A stretch of 55,047 nucleotides of DNA from Candidatus Moanibacter sp. Its GTDB lineage: Bacteria > Verrucomicrobiota > Verrucomicrobiia > Opitutales > UBA2987. How positions within the stretch are numbered: position 1 is the stretch's first letter; each line of letters opens with the position of its first letter. Shown one piece after another: positions 52,867 through 55,047 of the stretch. The stretch lies in contig CBDCEW010000049.1 of the NCBI GenBank assembly GCA_965215885.1, forward strand, positions 1 to 55,047. The letters run 5' to 3'. A program made the translations under genes and the position numbers. The notes beneath the pieces were generated by a model, which saw nothing but the letters and a program-made list of their open reading frames with translations, was not told the origin of the DNA and did not search any database.

Positions 52867-53212
52867 ATTCTTTCCTCTTCAAGAAATTCCGCCTTCGCCT
52901 CTCTGACAGTCTTATTTCATTCTTTGGAGTCTTCTTTGTTTTCTTCTTGAACCCTCCCGCCAATACAACCAAGTGCTGTCCATGGAAAAATCCAAGAATG
53001 CGGAAAGTATTGTTCCCAGAGTCGATTCTGACCTCCCAAATCTCTTCACTTCCTCTCAGCTTCTTGAAGTAACTCGAAGGCACGCGCTCCAATTCCCTGA
53101 TCAATCTCAACACCCATAACACTTTCGCGACTTCCTTGTCGGTTATCCCATCGAGGAACTCCTCAACCGGGCAACTTCCTGACTCCGTTCGCTAGTACTC
53201 AATTCTTCTCAC
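52856..53212 (-). pseudogene. HigB/RelE (Gp49-like) toxin with nonsense codon 7
   Basis: GTG-RRIEY*RTESGSCPVEEFLDG..IWEVR..GFKKKTKKTP; TAG at 53192-53194. Confidence 0.8.
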
Positions 53213-53221
53213 ATACCCACG

Positions 53222-53249
53222 AAGTTAACATGTATGTGAACATTGTCAA
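53222..53249 (-). promoter_or_regulatory. TA cassette promoter/operator
   Basis: TTGACA -35 followed by the near-palindrome gttcacatacatgttaac, just upstream of the toxin start. Confidence 0.6.
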
Positions 53250-54307
53250 TTTCCCATTACCGCTATTTCGGCGAACAGGTATTATTCGTCATGACACTTT
53301 TGTCGGGTGTCAATGACGGAGTTCGTTGAAGTTAAGTTGCGCAATATCAAGTTGTTAAGCCGATTTAAGGGTCATTTTGTCTCATGTGCATATTGCCATG
53401 TCATATTTGTTTAATATCTGACATGACGAATAATCACAGGATTCCAGTACAAACGGACATGTCACTTTTGTTGGTTCGCCTGACAAAAGCTAACATAAAT
53501 ATCGTTATAGACGACATTGTGTCATTTGCAATTTACTACATGTCTGCCGTCTTATTGCGCAGTCAGATACTCTAGAGAGGCTTTTGCTAACTCCAAATCT
53601 CTATGTCGTTATTGTGGAAGCTCCACGTCATCCACGTTGTCCGAGTTCCTCCCAAGTGGCTCGGCGCCGGGTTCCGTCCAATTTGGAAGTCCTAAGGTGA
53701 GGTTGGACGGACGGAACGCGACAACCCGGTGGGAGAGGATTACAAAGGCGGAGGGTGAGCCGGGGGCGCGGGGTGGACGGATTCTTGGTTGTTGATAATG
53801 CCTCAATAAAGTAATGTGGTGCCGTCGAAGACCTTTTTGAGCGCAGGAGTGCTTGGCTTTCAGCATGGGAAACGGCTTCGACGCGGCTAAGGCCTTCAAA
53901 GGTATTTTTATAGAAATAGAGAAAAAACAGGCAGTTCACAGGAGACTGAAAGGCTATAGCCATACTAAAAAAAGAAGGAATATAACCGGTTTGATAGGCA
54001 AAGAGAGGGAGCAAAAAGAGCCATTCTCGGGAAGGTTAATCTCCACGTCATCGACGTTACAATTCTCATTCAGATTCTCACTTCTAAAATAATGCGCTGA
54101 GAATTATGTTTTAAGTAATTGTAGATATGATGTTTGCAATCAGGTTTGAAATTTCCCGAATTAGCCCGAAATAAGTCGAAATAGCCCGAAGATCAACGAC
54201 TTAGGGAAGTTCAAACGATGTTGGGCAAGTTTGCAACGTTTTGGGCGATTTTGGGGCGATTGAAAGAGGTTTGAGTACCTTAACCCGTCGATTGAACGGG
54301 ATTTGAT

Positions 54308-54368
54308 GCGGAACGCCCGCGTAATAGGCGCGAGCTAGTGAGCGTCCTTATTGACGCGTTTGTTAGGC
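54308..54368 (-). other. attC site
   Basis: Minus strand GCCTAAC...GTTCCGC, 61 bp, directly after a stop codon. Confidence 0.88.
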
Positions 54369-54812
54369 TTATAATTCATCAATTGAGTTTTGTATCCGCT
54401 CAAGATCCGCCTGAAAAGCAATTTCAAGCTGTTCTAAAGATTGTGCTGCTCTCACCATATTTGTTTGATCAATCCAAATTCCTGCGGATTGTGCGGCTGA
54501 TTCTATCCTTCTTTGTGTCCCAAACCGTGGCTCAAAGAAAGGCATACCTGCTCTCAGAGATATAAGTAATGCTTCCTTATCCATTTCGTTCTGGCTTCGA
54601 TAAAATTCAACAAATTTTTTTCTTACCTCTTGGTACGACTGCTGCCTTTCATTTAACTCTGTAATAAGAAGCTCTCGCTTAGCAATTATCCTCGCTGTTT
54701 CAAGATCAGCTGAGTGATTTTTTTGGAGAATCAAATACTGGGTCACACCAGTAAAAACAGCTCCAATCGCGCCAGCTATTATCAGTTGTTTCCAGTTCTT
54801 GCTATCGCTCAT
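54369..54812 (-). CDS. Hypothetical cassette protein, N-terminal TM plus coiled coil
   Basis: MSDSKNWKQLIIAGAIGAVFTGV..; fills the space between two attC sites. Confidence 0.75.
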   Translation of the reverse strand: MSDSKNWKQLIIAGAIGAVFTGVTQYLILQKNHSADLETARIIAKRELLITELNERQQSYQEVRKKFVEFYRSQNEMDKEALLISLRAGMPFFEPRFGTQRRIESAAQSAGIWIDQTNMVRAAQSLEQLEIAFQADLERIQNSIDEL

Positions 54813-54830
54813 ATTTGAATCCCAGAAAAA

Positions 54831-54893
54831 GCCTAACGCTATGCGTGATTCGCGGCGGCGCAAGCCGACGTTGAGTCGACGCAATTGTTAGGT
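54831..54893 (-). other. attC site
   Basis: Minus strand ACCTAAC...GTTAGGC, 63 bp; shares gcggcgcaagccgacgtt with the attC at 51781. Confidence 0.88.
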
Positions 54894-55047
54894 GCTTTTT
54901 TCTTCATCTATTCGCATTTCGAGTTTCTCCCGTTCCAAGAAGTCCAAAAGATATTTCGCGATTCCACAGACCACCATTGTGTGGCTTTCGTCATCAATCA
55001 GTTTCCATTGTCGCGTATGTCGCAGTGTCTCGTTGTAATCCGGATCT
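54888..55047 (-). CDS. 3' end of a cassette gene running off the window
   Basis: Open frame ..YLLDFLEREKLEMRIDEEKST* with its stop inside the attC R'' box. Confidence 0.6.
   Translation of the reverse strand, partial: DPDYNETLRHTRQWKLIDDESHTMVVCGIAKYLLDFLEREKLEMRIDEEKST

Noticed and set aside
1..55047. CRISPR array or cas genes
   Set aside because: No equally spaced direct repeats with unique spacers; the repeats found are inverted REP-like units or attC sites.

Overview
GC-rich bacterial window, probably from a metagenome assembly; the integrase style and repeats suggest a PVC/Verrucomicrobiota-like host (inference only). It is dominated by mobile and decayed DNA. (1) 1-11.8 kb is a mosaic island of defence-like and fragmentary genes: Cache protein, RepA, VapC and IS1182 fragments, iteron-like repeats, Schlafen/AlbA ATPase, frameshifted OLD-type ATPase-TOPRIM, PD-(D/E)XK-like protein, TIR/NDT pseudogene, TerL and AbiEi fragments. 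It ends in a tyrosine integrase next to a tmRNA-like 3' end fused directly into a 5'-truncated IS4 transposase. (2) 13-49 kb holds metabolic genes (iolD/iolE-like, PhyH, sterol desaturase, PepF, M20 and M14 peptidases, two DUF6807, MFS, Gfo/Idh/MocA, amidohydrolase+Rieske, methyltransferases, hydrolases). These are interspersed with two VapBC pairs, an ORF-less group II intron, an AbrB-like/DDE frameshift IS with a 23-bp target duplication, two near-identical IS5/ISNCY-like copies, a decayed ISAs1 and several REP-like repeat families. (3) 51-55 kb is a minus-strand integron cassette array (5 clear attC sites, no integrase in the window) in which two attC sites are followed by homologous ORF-less ~200-bp elements. 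All family assignments come from motif recognition by eye; no database searches were run.
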